Assembly: GCF_018977255.1 (NCBI RefSeq)
Contig: NW_024704742.1
Location: 10,480,001 to 10,544,000, forward strand
DNA: 64,000 bases
Direction of reading: 5' to 3'
From: Callorhinchus milii
Lineage: Eukaryota
Below the pieces are notes generated by a model. That model was given only the letters and a program-made list of their open reading frames with translations. It ran no database searches and was not told the origin of the DNA. Of this stretch, positions 1-14,303 are shown piece after piece. The stretch's first letter is position 1, and each line of letters starts with the position of its first letter. A program made the translations under genes and the position numbers.

Positions 1-994
1 TTGGTATGGTAGAAGTGTACGGGTGAAATCAGCCATTGTTTAACTTGAAAACAAGAACTTTAAATGATCTAAACTGAAGTATGGTTTGAAACGATTGCTA
101 GATGTCCGTACTCAAGCAATTCCTAACTCAAGCTCACAGTAGGTTCAAAACCATGCCTTCTGGGCCTGTTAGTCCCTCTGCAGGGACTCCAGTCCTAGCA
201 AGCCTGCAGGGTACACAGACTTCTGCTGTTTTGCTGAAGTCTCCCGATTTTCCTCTCTTTGGCAACAGTCCTTTGAGATCTTGTAATTCTTATTGGGTCT
301 GTCCTCTGTCTTGCTGGGCCCAAATTTGGGGTTTTGCAGCAGGTTATCCAGCAGGGCAACTCATTATACACACTAATCTGTGTAAGCTTGAAGCTGTGTT
401 CTGGCACTCCATGGGACAACATTAGTACTGATGTGCTGTGCTACTGGACCACTATATAACTTGCTTGACTTGGAGCTGTTGTATTTAAGCAAGTCCAGTT
501 CTAACTGTATAGATACAGAAAGCAGCTTAATGACTGAGCAATATAGTAATGTGTTTTTCACATCAGTGACCCCGATCAGTCTTTTCCTTGCAGCCAGAAA
601 ATTGGAAGTTTCCCAATTAATTTGGAGCTTTTCTGTATTGCTATTCATTCTGTCTTTTAACAGAAGTTTGATATAAGATATGGGTTGTATTTTGCTGAGA
701 TCTCAGGCTTCTTTTTTTAATGGGGTGGGGGTCCTTTTGTATAATGTATATTTTCTAATAGTTCAACATTTCACAGGTGCAGTTGTATATTTAGAGCTGT
801 GGGATCATTTTTGGTATTAGTACATTCGATTTGTAAATATCCTTTTTTGGCATGTGAGTGATGCGTATATGTCCTTGTTCAGGTTTGTATTCAAAATATG
901 CAGTGTTCAGTTTGTGTGATGTGTTTTGCTTTTTGGGGGGTTGGGGGGATAGTGTATATCGTGTTCAATGGGATAAGGTGGTGTATGTGAGTGA

Positions 995-1231
<237 letters not shown>

Positions 1232-1289
1232 TAATCTGCTATCCATTTTTCAATCAGCTGTGACTCCAGGTCCATTGCTGTCAGCTTGT

Positions 1290-1810
1290 CTGTCAGACAT
1301 CAAGGCTTGGATGACCGCAAATTTATAATAATAATCCTTGCATTTGATATAGCGTCTTATCACGTGTTTGAGATGTTTGAAAGCTTTTCCCTAAGACTTA
1401 CTGAACCAAACCTGTACGTAACCCGGGTGTCGGGTTTGACCTCCAGCTGACCTTCTTCCCCCACATCTGGTCCCTAACCAAGACTACTTTCCTCCATCCA
1501 CCTTTGTCACATTGCCTGCCTCCAACTGCCCCTTTACGCACTGCACCTCTCTGACTTGCTTTTTCCCCACTCCATTGCCTGCTGCCTCCACTTATGCCTT
1601 CCGCTCCACTATCAGTGGCCTTGTCTTCAGCCACTACATCCCCGAAGCTTTGAAACTCTCTCCTTCAATCCCTCCGTCTTGCCCCCGCCTTCCCCTCTTT
1701 CACTTCACGGCTGAAAACTTCCTCTTCGACCGTGCTTACACAGTCACCTCTCTACCCCCGATTCAGTATTGTGCTGCATTACTGTTAAGTGCTCAGGCGC
1801 ATCCCGCGTG
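1290..1810 (+). mobile_element. Degraded L2 LINE fragments with an inserted SINE tail
   Basis: tgtctgtcagacatcaaggcttggatgacc and ccttcagccactac...ctctctccttcaatccc match L2 pieces elsewhere in the window. Confidence 0.7.
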
Positions 1811-2039
1811 ATTTCAGATTTATTTCAGGAAAGTTAAATGATTACAGAACAATTTAGTTTGCAGTACTTGTAACTTCCAAAACAAAAGTAATAAGTCATG
1901 CTTTGATGTCTTTAAGTAATTTATTAGATTTTGTTTCTTGAAAGAGTTTGATTCCTATTGAAACATGGTTCCACTAGTGCAGGTAGATATTTAATACGTC
2001 AACCAACCCAAGCGCCCATCAATCTTGTTTGAACCTTGA

Positions 2040-2310
2040 CAGTGGATACATTTACACCATTAGTCTGTGGGGACATCACAATTGAGCCTCCTGCCTCATC
2101 TAATATCTGAACATACACACACCATCTAGCAGCGCCTTTATCCAATAGGGAACCGGATTGATCTTCCCCTCCCTAACCCAGAAACACTGTAGCCTTGGCT
2201 AGTATCCACTGACTCAGCACAGACCGGAGTTTAATGTTACATCCTTCTAGCTGCATGGCCAAGTACTGCACCAAGGAATACCTTTACCTACAAGATGATC
2301 AGGGAAGCTG
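2040..2310 (-). mobile_element. Old SINE fragment (AmnSINE2-like); related pieces near 5800-6070, 16980-17120, 24340-24520, 36590-36760 and 38570-38800
   Basis: Recurrent ggggacatcacaattgagcc...actcagcacagacc motif. The family name is from recollection. Confidence 0.45.
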
Positions 2311-2719
2311 AGTTTATTGGATTATAGGGTTATATCTGAAGTATACAGTTTTCAAAGTAATATGCAATAGTCAGTACACCAGAAATTTCATTTCTAATCA
2401 TTCTTGCGTTTTATATAGCACTTTTCATGCTAGGAAGAAGTTTCAAGAACAGACATTCTTATGAAGTGTAGTGACTATTTTGTAAGTAAATGCGGCAGCC
2501 AATTTGTACACAACAATTCCACTCCCACAAACAACCAAAAAGTAAATGAATTTTATCTGGAAAATTATTGGCCAGAACACGAGGAGAAATTACTTTCTCT
2601 TTTTGAATAGAGCTATGGTATCTTTAACATCAACCCAAACAGGCAAACTATAAACACAGGCAAATTATCAATACAGTAACTGCTTAAAAAGTACTATAGT
2701 AATGAGGGTTATAGCAGCA

Positions 2720-3060
2720 ATAACCCTTGTTTTGATATAGCGGCTTATTACGTCTTCGAGACGTCTCAAAACGCTTTACAGAATATACTGTCAAATGAAT
2801 TCACTGTATATTTTGTGGGTGAAACATGGCAACCAATTGAGCACAGCAGTGTCACACAAACAGTCGTGAATTGAAGTGATCAATTTAATATTAATATTAT
2901 TTTAAAATTTATTTTTATTTTGTATGGATTATTACCCCCAGAAAAACGATCAGACAATCGACTAGCAACCGGGTTCCTACTTAGTAGGTAAACAGGAGTT
3001 TGGAGTAAGGAAACTTGCTTGTGAGAGGCGAGTGTTCTAACCATTAAGCTACAGGACTCC
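2720..3060 (-). mobile_element. tRNA-derived Deu-type SINE, long (older) subfamily
   Basis: Reverse complement of the ggagtcctgtagct head, the central gtaagtaggaacc block, the Deu-like core and the tail. Confidence 0.85.
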
Positions 3061-3093
3061 AATAGTTTTATTGATGTGGAGATGAGGCGACTA

Positions 3094-3206
3094 TTTCCAG
3101 GAAACCTGTTTTAAAGCATCTGTAATTTCATGATCATTTTAACCCAGGGTTAACAAGGTTAAAATGATCACGTGACTAGAGATGCTTTAAACTGGTTTCC
3201 TGGAAA
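3094..3206. repeat. 113 bp near-perfect palindrome (MITE/foldback-like) in PP2Ac intron 4
   Basis: tttccaggaaacc..tttaaagcatct..tgatcattttaacc pairs with ggttaaaatgatca..agatgctttaaa..ggtttcctggaaa. Confidence 0.85.
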
Positions 3207-3826
3207 CCGTAGCTGTATTGTTTACTTTCATTCAGAAGATTACATTGCAATAAAGATTCACTTCTTTTAGAGAAGAGCCCTTTTGTTCTAAATATGATTT
3301 TGGTCAATAATTTTAATTGCTTGTATAGAAAATGAATTAATTATTGGGACCTAAGAAAACGTTTGCTTGCAATGAAACTAAGTTTTTGTGTTTCTGATAT
3401 TGACTAAGCACTACTACGAATTCCAGTTCCAAATACTAGGATTCTAATGTTTCATTAGCTCTGAATATTGTGTATTCAACTGGTTTGAAAATGAGTTTTT
3501 CATATTATGGATTTTAGATACCCACAACAATAATTTACACTTATATAGCAACCTCCATGCAGGGTAATATCTCAGAGGCTTAACAGTGGCGGAGCCTGAA
3601 TCTGAGCCAGGGTTTTGGATGGGGTGGGGGAGGTGGCTGTAAGCACAGTTGGAGAGGAAAGTTTTCAGGTGAATTTGAAAAAGGGGAGAGAGGGGGCAAG
3701 GCGGAGGGATTAAGGGAGAGTATTCCAGAGTTTCAGGGTGTGGTAGCTGAAAGCTCGACCTCCGATGGTGGGACGGAGGGTGCAATTCTTTCTGAGGAAA
3801 TGTTGATACTGTAATGAAGATTTTAG

Positions 3827-4108
<282 letters not shown>

Positions 4109-5149
4109 TAAATTCAAGTTCTGCCTTGAAGACTTAAGTATGCTACTCAGTAGGTGGATGTGTGTGTTCAGGTTATGAGCATAATGATGCTCAGCTACTC
4201 ACTTCATGCTATTCTGCTGCTCACCGAGTGGCTTGTGAGAGGTTCCTGCTCCCTGCTATCCAGCTAGCAAAGACTCCAATCAAACCTGTGCTTATCAGTT
4301 GTCTTAACCCACTCATGACTATACTTTTGCGGGGGAGGGAGGGAAATGGGGATTTCTTTGGGCTGAGTTTGTTCCACGATGCTTGGCAATGGCATATCAA
4401 GTTGATCTTCTGATGAAATCAGTAGTCCAGTTCCTGAACCACGCATGTCTGCAGTACTCCAAGACACTGTTGATTACAGAACAACCAGTACGATTCATTA
4501 GCAAGATGTGCAAAAGAAGACCAGTCTCTAGAGTGTCTAACGGGTAAGTTGTCTCTAGCTGGAGAAGTGGAAACTTGCCAGTCAGTGTTTGCAAAACAAG
4601 CTGTGCAGTTTCAGCTGGTGGAACCCCAGTTAACATTCTTGGGTCCCATGCCTTGGCTCTTGCTAATCTGCACCTAATGCTTTCTGGGATTAGGTGAACA
4701 TGTTCTATCTGTGGGAAGAGTGTATACTTCATTTCAGCGAAACAGAAGTTTTATGCAAATGTGAAGCTCTTGCTAGTTTTGTTTGAGTACTCTTGTGCGT
4801 GTGTTGCAATTTCCGCATGTAAAACTATTGACTGATCCCCCAAAAGTATTCTATTTATAGGTGTTTTGCTAAATTGTGGCACAACATCATAACTAGTGAA
4901 GCAGGTAGACATGTAATCAAATTGTTCACAAGCAGCAAATTATTCTTGTGTCTGTTGAAAGATGCTTTTTATGAAATGTATAAAACTTCCAAGTTTTTCT
5001 TAAAAAGAACACATGCATTTAGTTTGATGGGCCACAGAAAATAAGGGGCAGTACTTTTAAAAAAAGTTCGTCCAGTCATACATCCATTTATATATGTGTG
5101 GCTGCTAAGTTTTTTTACACTGTCAAGGAACCAATAGAAACTTCTTAAA

Positions 5150-5291
5150 AGGCAAAATACTGCAGATGCTGATAATCTGAAATAAAAACAGAAGTCGCTG
5201 GGAGGTCATCAACCTGGACCGTTAACTCATTTTCTTCTCTCCATAGATGCTGCCTGACCGGCTGTGTGTTCCCAGCGACTTCTGTTTTTAT
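5150..5291. mobile_element. Shark-type palindromic repeat element (internally deleted) with a perfect 22 bp inverted repeat; partial relatives near 36815-36905 and 49955
   Basis: ataaaaacagaagtcgctggga (5182-5203) is the exact reverse complement of tcccagcgacttctgtttttat (5270-5291); aaatactgcagatgctg end motif. Confidence 0.7.
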
Positions 5292-6688
5292 AATAGAAAT
5301 GTCTTATCTGTTTTCTTTATTCAGTTCTCAGTCCAGTTAATACATTCTGGCATGGTGTGCAGGCCTGACTCCGTTGGTATCACTTTCATCTCTGTCAGAA
5401 GATCCTGGGTTTAAGTCACCTTGGGACTTGGAACTCAACTGGTGTAAGATGACACACCAATGCTAACAAACACTGTAATGATGTTAAACCAGTCCTCTCT
5501 GCTAGTCCAGATGGACGTTAACAATCCCATTGCACTATTTGGAAAGAGAAGGGAGTTTCTCCCAGTGTCCTGGCCAACAATCCTCCAGATAAAATTGTTC
5601 ATCCATTTTACAGCTGTTTGTGGGACATTGTTGTGTGCAAATTAGTTACCAGGTTTGCCCACAAAAAATACACAGTCACTCTACTTTACAGTGTATCCTG
5701 TGAAGTGCTTTGAGGTGCCTTCCCAATATGAAAGGCACTGTATTAAATAAAAAGGTTATTATAATATTTATTATTAATACTAGAATTCCATGTCTGGATG
5801 TCCTCTGATATATCTTAATTGCTTATGTCCTGGCTATTTGACAATGGGGACATCAAAGCCATGCTTGGTCCTTTTCAAGTGATGGTCGAACTGCTAGCTA
5901 AATAGCAGTTGATCATAAACTTCATTGTACCTTTCCCTCTAACTATCTAAGATGTGGCAGACAAGTGTAGCATCCTTGCAGTCACGTCATCTAAGATTAG
6001 CCAACTCAACACAGACCAGGGAATCAGGCCTAGGGTCTGTTTGTTTGTATGGCACAGGTACTAACTGGATGAAGTCTGCTACTGCAGTAGCAGACACTGC
6101 TATTGATAAGTCCTAAAAAGTAAGGAACATTTTTGTTGTGATTTGAGGTTCCCACGTGAAAAATAATTCTCATCCTGGGGCAGCACTTCGAATTTCTGAA
6201 GTCAAATTATGGGTGTTTCTAAAATAGCTGCCAATGATAATAATAATCCTTACATTTGATATAGCGCCTTATGTCGTTGAGACGTCTCAAAGCACTTCGC
6301 AAAATATATTGTAAGGTGAATTAACTGTATTTTGTAGGTGAAATTAAAATGCTTTTTCACTTGTGTGAGGTTGTCACATCTTGAATCAGTCTTTTTAGGG
6401 TTGGTGAGAATTGAAAGAAAGTTGATATTTTCTTTTTAAGTATGAGATAAAATATTAATCCTTGCATTTGATATGGTGCCTTGTCACGTTGTTGAGATAT
6501 AAATTTAGAAAACCTTCGTGCAAACTTATCATGGGGTGAAGTTTAAGGGAGTGGTGACCGTGTGAGTCATTTATAACAAGCATTCTGGAGATAATGCTGA
6601 GAATTGTGTGAAATTAATACTAGCACCTTTGTACTCTGAATAATTAAACTAGGTTGCACAATGCTAAGCTGTTTGTGTTTTGCCCTAG

Positions 6689-6808
<120 letters not shown>

Positions 6809-7893
6809 TAAGTATAATAATAAGTATAAATACATTTTTTAAAAAAGCTAGATATAAAGATTTCTTATTGCATAATTTCTTTGTTATTTAGACCACTTTT
6901 ATAATTAATTTGGATAAAACTGCTTTGTGCAATTTTTCTGTGACCTACCCAGTACAAATATGGAAAAGCAAGGTGATGATGACTGTTTGGTTGTGCCGTG
7001 TGTTCTTAGAAATTCAGACAAGGCATATTTTGGTTCAGCTGAAGTCACACGAGGAAAGGAAAGATCATTTTTTAAAAAAAATTCAATTTTGTGTTGTTTT
7101 TCAAATTTTCTTCCCGCTGGCATATGAATCCCTTTGTGTTCATACACTGTAGCTCTTCCACTACACATTTGGGGCTATCCCATGAGAATAAAGATTGCCC
7201 TGATATATTTTCTGCCTCCAAAGTGACTAACTACAAAGTACAACAACAATAATAATGGCAATGCTATTGCAGATGTCTTTTCAGGTGAAATGTATTGGTT
7301 TTGAGTGAAAATTTATTTCATAAAGTAATTGAATATGTGTCAGTGTCATCTAAAAGAACTTTCAGAAGCATAGTTTTCAAAAATGCTATCGCATCTCCCA
7401 ACGACAGTGTGATTCATGCTGTGGGGTGGTTCACAGGCTCTGGTACATCTCTAGGTCCTTGCCCACATGGTCATTCTAACAATTAGCTCAGATCAGGCAA
7501 TCACTCCCTACAACATGGTTATATAAGATGTCACTGAAAAAGACTATTTTTGAATTGTACAGTTTTTCCACTCGAAAGTTCTAGGGTTTTCAAGTATTCC
7601 CTTCTTTTCCTTTTTAAAATATTAAAAAATGTATCATCTCTTATTGCCTGGTTAATCTTTGCTACAATTAATTTCAAGATTGCTTTCCTTGAGATTTTCA
7701 ACAATTCCAAAGATTTGTTGAGGTGCAAACAGATTTAATTGCAGAAAAATTAGCAACTTGTAAACAAGATATAAATTGCTGCCTACTTAAAGCTGAAAAT
7801 CCAAATTGCAAGTGGAATCATAGAAATTTACAGCATAGAATACTATTCAGCTAGTTCTCTCAGAGCAAGCAGATGTGTTTGTAGCTTTCATGA

Positions 7894-8097
<204 letters not shown>

Positions 8098-8715
8098 ATT
8101 TATTTGTACACTACATCCACGTCAGCAGTTCACCTGCTCTAGAAAAGCAACAATATTTAAATGTTTTTCTAAACTTATTTGGGTTTGTCCAACTTCAAAG
8201 CATTAACATGGACCAAAATGTGCCATATACTGAAGGCATCTGTATGCCTAGGAGCTTTGAGCACAATTTGACAGTGGTTATTTGTTTCAGAAACGGTATT
8301 GTGCAGTCCCAACAGTCAAAATTTTTTGCCTGCTGTACCGTTTGTAGTTACTTGTCATTTTGTTTTATCCAGACTGTGAAATATCGATGTACAAATGGTA
8401 TGATTAAAACAGCTACAAATGCAATAGTCATGACATTTTTAGTTGTAGTTTTATCAGGCATGTATTTGGTTTCAGTACATTTTTTGGTTTTGAAAGAGAC
8501 ACAACCTGCTCCATTTTGAATGTATAGTGTGAAGGTTTAAAAGAGGGTGAAATGGCTCTTGGAATGTCTGCTGGAGTGTTGGAGAAAATACCCCCCTTTT
8601 TCAATGTTTGAATCACTGTTCTGTGTTACTGTACCTTATTTCTGTATATTTGTCATGAAAGTGCTTGCAGCTTATTTGGTGTATTTCAAAAAATAAAACA
8701 ACTTCAAATCATCAG
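8098..8715 (+). other. PP2Ac 3' UTR (approximate end)
   Basis: Repeat-free AT-rich stretch after the stop. It contains CATGGACCAAAATGTGCCATA, a block I recall from mammalian PPP2CA/CB UTRs, and ends near AATAAA. Confidence 0.7.
8692..8697 (+). terminator. Polyadenylation signal AATAAA of the PP2Ac gene
   Basis: AATAAA about 600 nt after the stop, followed by T/GT-rich sequence; repeats resume shortly after. Confidence 0.65.
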
Positions 8716-10239
8716 TCGTAAATTGTTATGATTCTGTGATTATCTGAGTTTTTTTTAAAAAAATTGAATTGAGCGGCAGAATTTTTAAGCTCAAGCCATT
8801 TTGCCCTGCTCTTTTCCCCACACCTTTCAATTTCCTTGTGAATTTATCCTTTTTGAATAGTACCATGGGATCTTTAAGATCTACCTAAGCAGGAAGACGG
8901 GACCTCGGATTAATGTCTCATCTGAAGAATAGCACCACCCCCCACAGCGGATTGGGGTGTCACCTTAGATTATGTGAGTTCAAGTCCTGACGTGGCATTT
9001 GACCTACAACCTTCTGACCGAATTCCAACTGATGTCAAAGCCAATTACCAGCAGAAGCAGTCTGGAAAGAGTGGAAGTTCAGCCACTTGACGAGAGCACT
9101 GTTGGGTGCGTCAATTCCTAAACAGGTCCTATCTGGGTAAACGTTAAAAGATCCAAGGGCATTATTAAAAAGGAGTTTCTCCGAGTGTCCTGACCAACAA
9201 TCTCCCAAATAGAATTGATCATTCACTTCATGGCTTTCTGTGAGACAGTGCACAAATTGGCTGCCGTGTTCATCCACAAAAGGCATCAGTCATTGCAATT
9301 TACAGTAAATCCTGCGAAGCTCTTTAGTGTGTCCTAAAGTGAAACATGCTGTACCAAATACAAGGAATATTATTAAAATAGTTTTTGAATTTTGAATTAT
9401 TCTCGCATGTAACATCGTGCCTTTCACTGTAATGTGTAGTAACTGCATTTTGTGGGAAAATGCTTTCTTGAATACATTTTTGGTGTTTTCCACGTTAATG
9501 GAGTTTTTGCTATTAATTGTTCTTCACCTTCAATCCTTGACTGGGACACTGCTGTGCACAATTGGCTGCCGCATGTCACCCACAAAGTATAATTGATTCA
9601 CTTTACACTATATTCTGTGAAGTGCTTTGAGATGTCTTGAAGACTTGATATGGTGCTATATCAAATGCAAAATTATTTTTATTATGCATTATAATTGCAG
9701 ATAATTATACACTGATTCAAAGAGAAAATAAATGTGGATAACAAGGAATAATAATCTTTGTATTTGATATAGTGCTTTTCACGTCTTGTAGACGTCTCAA
9801 CGTGCTTCACAGAATATACTGTAAGGTGAATTGACTATTTTTTGGCGAAATGCAACAGCCAATTGCACACAACAGTGTCCCAAAAACAGTCGTGGATTGA
9901 AGTGACCAATTTTATTATGTTTTTCTTGGATTATTATTAGGAAACTTGCCCAAGGTTTCGCCCTGCCGGGAATCGAACCCAGGTCTCTCACTTGCGAGGT
10001 GAGCACTCTAACCACTGAGCTACAGGACTGTACAGGATGTTACAGGCTAAGCATAGCATTTAGGATATAAAGTTCTAAATGAAGTTCCAAATCTTTCTGA
10101 ACAATTGTAAAAGTTGTTCTGGGAAGTTGGCTACAGATTATTCAAGAACATTTACATTTGCTCTCTTCCTCTGGTTTAGCGAAGGCAATGTCTAAAATCA
10201 AATCTACCAACACTTGCTGCTCAGGGTGTCCACGTGCTT

Positions 10240-10700
10240 CAGCAATTCACAGAGCAATACTGATGACCTATCATTGGACAATGAATTGTATATGGCAAGC
10301 ATTATCAAAGCTGGATTGATTTCAGTTAACTTGGAAAGGGTAGACTTGTCACTGGGGGCAGGGAGTCATCCCACTCAGCTTCCGTTAACCCTGCAAGCCA
10401 AAGCCCTAATGGGTATGGTGGTCCCAGCTGGACAAGCAATGGGAAAACAAACAGCGATATCAATGGTAAGCTATGCATTTTTAGCTGGTTAGTGTCCAGC
10501 AGTTACCCCAATGCACACTCTAGTGTCTCCAAGCCTTATCTCTTGCCAACCTGTGCCTAATTCTGGAATTTGGTAAGCAGGATGTGTCCCTCCAGGAATT
10601 CCATTCCAACGATCTATCTCTGGGATTTCCATGTGTAGGTGGATGCATGGAAATCTCAGCTTGGTTTGGATACTCACAGGTGATGGGTTTCTGCATGTGT
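10240..10700. repeat. Unclassified old interspersed repeat; copies at about 11240-11480, 29260-29800 (opposite strand), 29890-29960 and 4500-4720
   Basis: Shared sequence also shows in the ORF track (PGGTHPAY...GWQE.RLGD in ORFs 10489-, 11355- and 29263+). Confidence 0.75.
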
Positions 10701-12139
10701 CAGACACCCGGCCGACCAAAAAAAATTAACATAAAGTGATTTCCTGTTACCAGGTATTGTTAGGTGGCATATGTAGAATTCACAAATCCATCATGCGCAT
10801 TTCTGGTACCCACGCTTTTGTAGTGTTGCGGCGGCATAAAAGACCTATCACCTATTGTGTTTATATATCTACCAGATACTGGGGGATATGCTCGGTCTTG
10901 TTCACAAGCAAAAGTATCACAACTTGTTCAAGTATAGCCAAAATGAGTTATGGGCAAGGAAACACAAGCATATAACTAATGTTATGTAACCAAAACACAC
11001 AAGCTCTAGGAGATACTTGCCTCTTAAACCCCCACTGTGCATATGCAGATCAGAAATCTTTGTTGAATACTGTGCTTGGTTCAAATGAGGGTTAGTGAGG
11101 CCTTCTGGGAGACTGGCTATCTGTTTGTACGTAGATGCCAACACATTGGGATGCTAATGTTCTTACATACATATGCAGGCAAATCAGCTGGGGACAATTC
11201 GATCTAGAATCAGAATATTACCATAGAGGCTATCTTCCTCATAGGGGTGGTGTCCCAGCTGGACAAGCAGCAGGAAAGCTTACCAGGCAGTGCTCTCAAT
11301 GGTAAGCTATTTGGTTTTGGCTGGATAAACTCCAGCAGTTATTCCATTGCACACTCAGGGGTCCCCAAGCCTTGGCTCCTGCCAACCTGCGCCAAATGCT
11401 TTGGGAATTAGATAAGCAGGATGGGTCCCTCCAGGGAAAGAGTGCATGTTCCATTCCAACAATCTATCTCTTTTTTTCTCCACATGAGCCACTTTGTCTA
11501 ATCTGAGTCTCCACTTGACTCTGACATCCTTTAATATTCCTAAAACGGAACAACTTGCATTTATATAACACCCTTCACATAGGTGCACTGCAAACTAATA
11601 ATACTTACATTTGATGCAACAGCTTAAATGTCAGCAGGGACGTCTCAAAAGTGTTTCAAAAGATATACTTTAAAGTCTAATGACTGTATTTTGTGGATAA
11701 ACAATCCATATATCGACAGACTTACAAAAGAGCCTCTTACTATTCCTCTTACCACTCACCTTTGTGTGATCCAGCTCTACAGATAGAACTGAATCATTTA
11801 ACAATTTCAATACACCAATTAGTTCTGCTACAGCGCTGTTTACTGTATGTCATATTGGGAAAGGATCTGGGGCAGATAGTTTCCAAGCAACTGCATGGAA
11901 GTGTTTGATGCTGAGCTAATTTTAGCTGTAATTAGTGGAATGTTCCAAGCTACTATTAATAAACAGCAAATATTGTGCATCTAACCCAGAGTTCAAATGT
12001 TGTGCTAGAGGATAAATAATACAGTGGAGGTGAGAAATGCACCATTAGATACTATAATTATCACTGGTGATGATTATCTATAACTATTGATAAATTAGGG
12101 AGTGAATTTCCTTCCCCTGAACGTCAACATAATTCACTT

Positions 12140-12420
12140 TGCAAGCGAGAGTCCTGAGTTCAATTCCAGGCAGGGCGAAACCTTGGGCAAGTTTCCTTAC
12201 TCCACATGCTTGATAATAATCCCTCCAAAACCCAAAACAATAATAAAATTGGTCATTTTCAATCTAAGACTGTTTGTGGGACATTGCTGTGCGCAATTGG
12301 CTGCCGCGTTCGCCCACAAATACACAGTCAATTCACTTTACAGTGTGTTCTGTGAAGCGCTTTGGGACGTCCTCCCGACATGAAAAGCGCTATATCAAAT
12401 GCAAGGATTATTATTATTAT
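12140..12420 (+). mobile_element. Deu-type tRNA SINE, short young subfamily, 5'-truncated; followed by an L2 3' fragment (to about 12735)
   Basis: B box gttcaattcc, Deu-like core, gggacgtcctcccgac tail, (att)n end. Confidence 0.88.
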
Positions 12421-13199
12421 TCCACCTTACTAAGCCAGTCCAGAACCTTGGCATCTTGTTTGACTCTCAACAATTCTTTCTACCCCACATCCGTGCCATG
12501 ACCCTACCCTCTGGAACTCCATTCCGCTGTCCCTCTGCCTCGCCCCCTCCCTTGCCTTCTTCAAGACCCATCTCAAGACCCTCCTCTTCAAGCGTGCTTT
12601 CGATCACCCTACTTCCCCCCCACCCTCCCTCCCGAATCCCAACCCCCAGCTTGGGTCCGAAACACGGACTGTCCAGCACCTTGGGACGTCCTCCCGATGT
12701 GAAAGGCGCTATACAAATGTAATTTTGTTGTTGTTAAATTCTGTGAAGCACATTTATCATGATAAGGTGTGCAGCATATTAAATGTAAGATTATTAATGC
12801 AAACGAGTTGGCAGAGGTCTTTTCATGCAGCTTGCTTTTTACATGAGCGCCTGGAATGCATACAGACAATCTTGAAATCACACCAGCACACTGAGACACT
12901 AGAGCATTCAGTCAGAGTCATTCATTTCATTTATTCTCTCCTCCACTCTTTTTGAAACCGAATGGAAAATCCCCACATTAATTCTAGCTTTGTTGCCTCT
13001 GACTGGCCCCTTTGTAACAAATGTGTTGGGAATTACTGGAAACTGGCTGTAACTGGCTGGCACGATGCATGCTCGGTGTGAAGCTGAGATTTGGAACCAT
13101 TTGAATTCTTCCAGTGCACATAGTTAGCATGACAATATTGAGGAACAGGGGATACAAAGGCAAAATGTACACATCAGTACTGTCATTTCAATCTTTAGA

Positions 13200-13551
13200 A
13201 TAATCCTTGCATTAGATTGAGCGCCTTATCACATTGTTGAGATGTCTCAAAATGCTTTACAGAATATACTGTAAAGTGGATTGGACTATGTATTTTGTGG
13301 GTGAAATGCAGCAGCCAATTACGCACAGCAGCGTTCCCCAAACAGTCATGGATTGACTGACCAATTTTTTTGGGGGGAGGGATTATTAACCCCAGAAAGC
13401 AATCCGCCAATCGACTAACAATTGGGTTCCTACTTACTGCTAGGTAAACAGGCATGTGGAATAAGGAAACTTGTCTAAGGTTTCGCCCTGCACAGGAATT
13501 GAACTGGGTCTTCTTGCTTTCAAGCTCTAACCCCTAAGCTACAGGACTCCA
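13200..13551 (-). mobile_element. Deu-type tRNA SINE, long subfamily
   Basis: Reverse-complement copy including the central block. Confidence 0.85.
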
Positions 13552-13962
13552 TGTTATTATCCTCAACAATAATGGCAGAATGTACACAAAGGGCTAAACA
13601 AAAATTCAGCATTCTGCAACAGGATTTGAAAAGGATTTACAAATATCGACTCTTGTAGATAATCCGAGACCTTCAGTCTCTTTGCCCCCATCCTTTGAAA
13701 CTCCATCCAATAATCCCTTCACCTTGCTCCCTCCCTTGTCTCCTTCAAGGCCCATCTCAAGAACCTCCTCTTTGACCTTGCCTTTGCCCACCCTCCTACC
13801 CCTACCTTCCCTACTCTCCACCCCTCCTGATCTCAACCCTCCACTTGGGTCCAAATTCCTGACTGCCCAGCATCTTGGGACGTCCTCCCGACGTGAAAGG
13901 TGCTACACAAACATAATTTGTTGTTGTACCACATATGAAACGTAAGCAACCCTTTTGGGAAA

Positions 13963-14303
13963 GTGGAGTCCTGTAGCTCAGTGGTTAGAGCACTCGCCTT
14001 GCAAGCGAGAGACCTGAGTTCAATTCCAGGCAGGTCAGGGCGAAACCTTGGGTAAGTTTCCTTACTCCACACAAAGCCTAATAATAATCCCTCCAAAACC
14101 CAAAACAATAATAAATTGGTCATTTTCAATCTACGACTGTTTGTGGGACATTGCTGTGTGCAATTGGCTGCCGCGTTCGCCCACAAATATACAGTCAATT
14201 CACTTTACAGTGTGTTCTGTGAAGCACTTTGGGACGTCCTCCTGACGTGAAAAGCGCTATATCAAAATGCAAGGATTATTATTATTATTATTATTATTAT
14301 TAT
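13963..14303 (+). mobile_element. Full-length young tRNA(Ala-like)-derived Deu-type SINE just upstream of the MAT start codon
   Basis: A box tagctcagtgg, anticodon-like arm cgccttgcaagcg, B box gttcaattcc, Deu-like core tgtttgtgggacattgctgtgtgcaattggctgccgcg, L2-type tail, long (att)n. Confidence 0.92.

Noticed and set aside
13963..14035. tRNA-Ala-like gene (A box, TGC anticodon-like loop, B box)
   Set aside because: It is the head of a multi-copy SINE; there is no proper acceptor stem and it runs straight into the SINE body.
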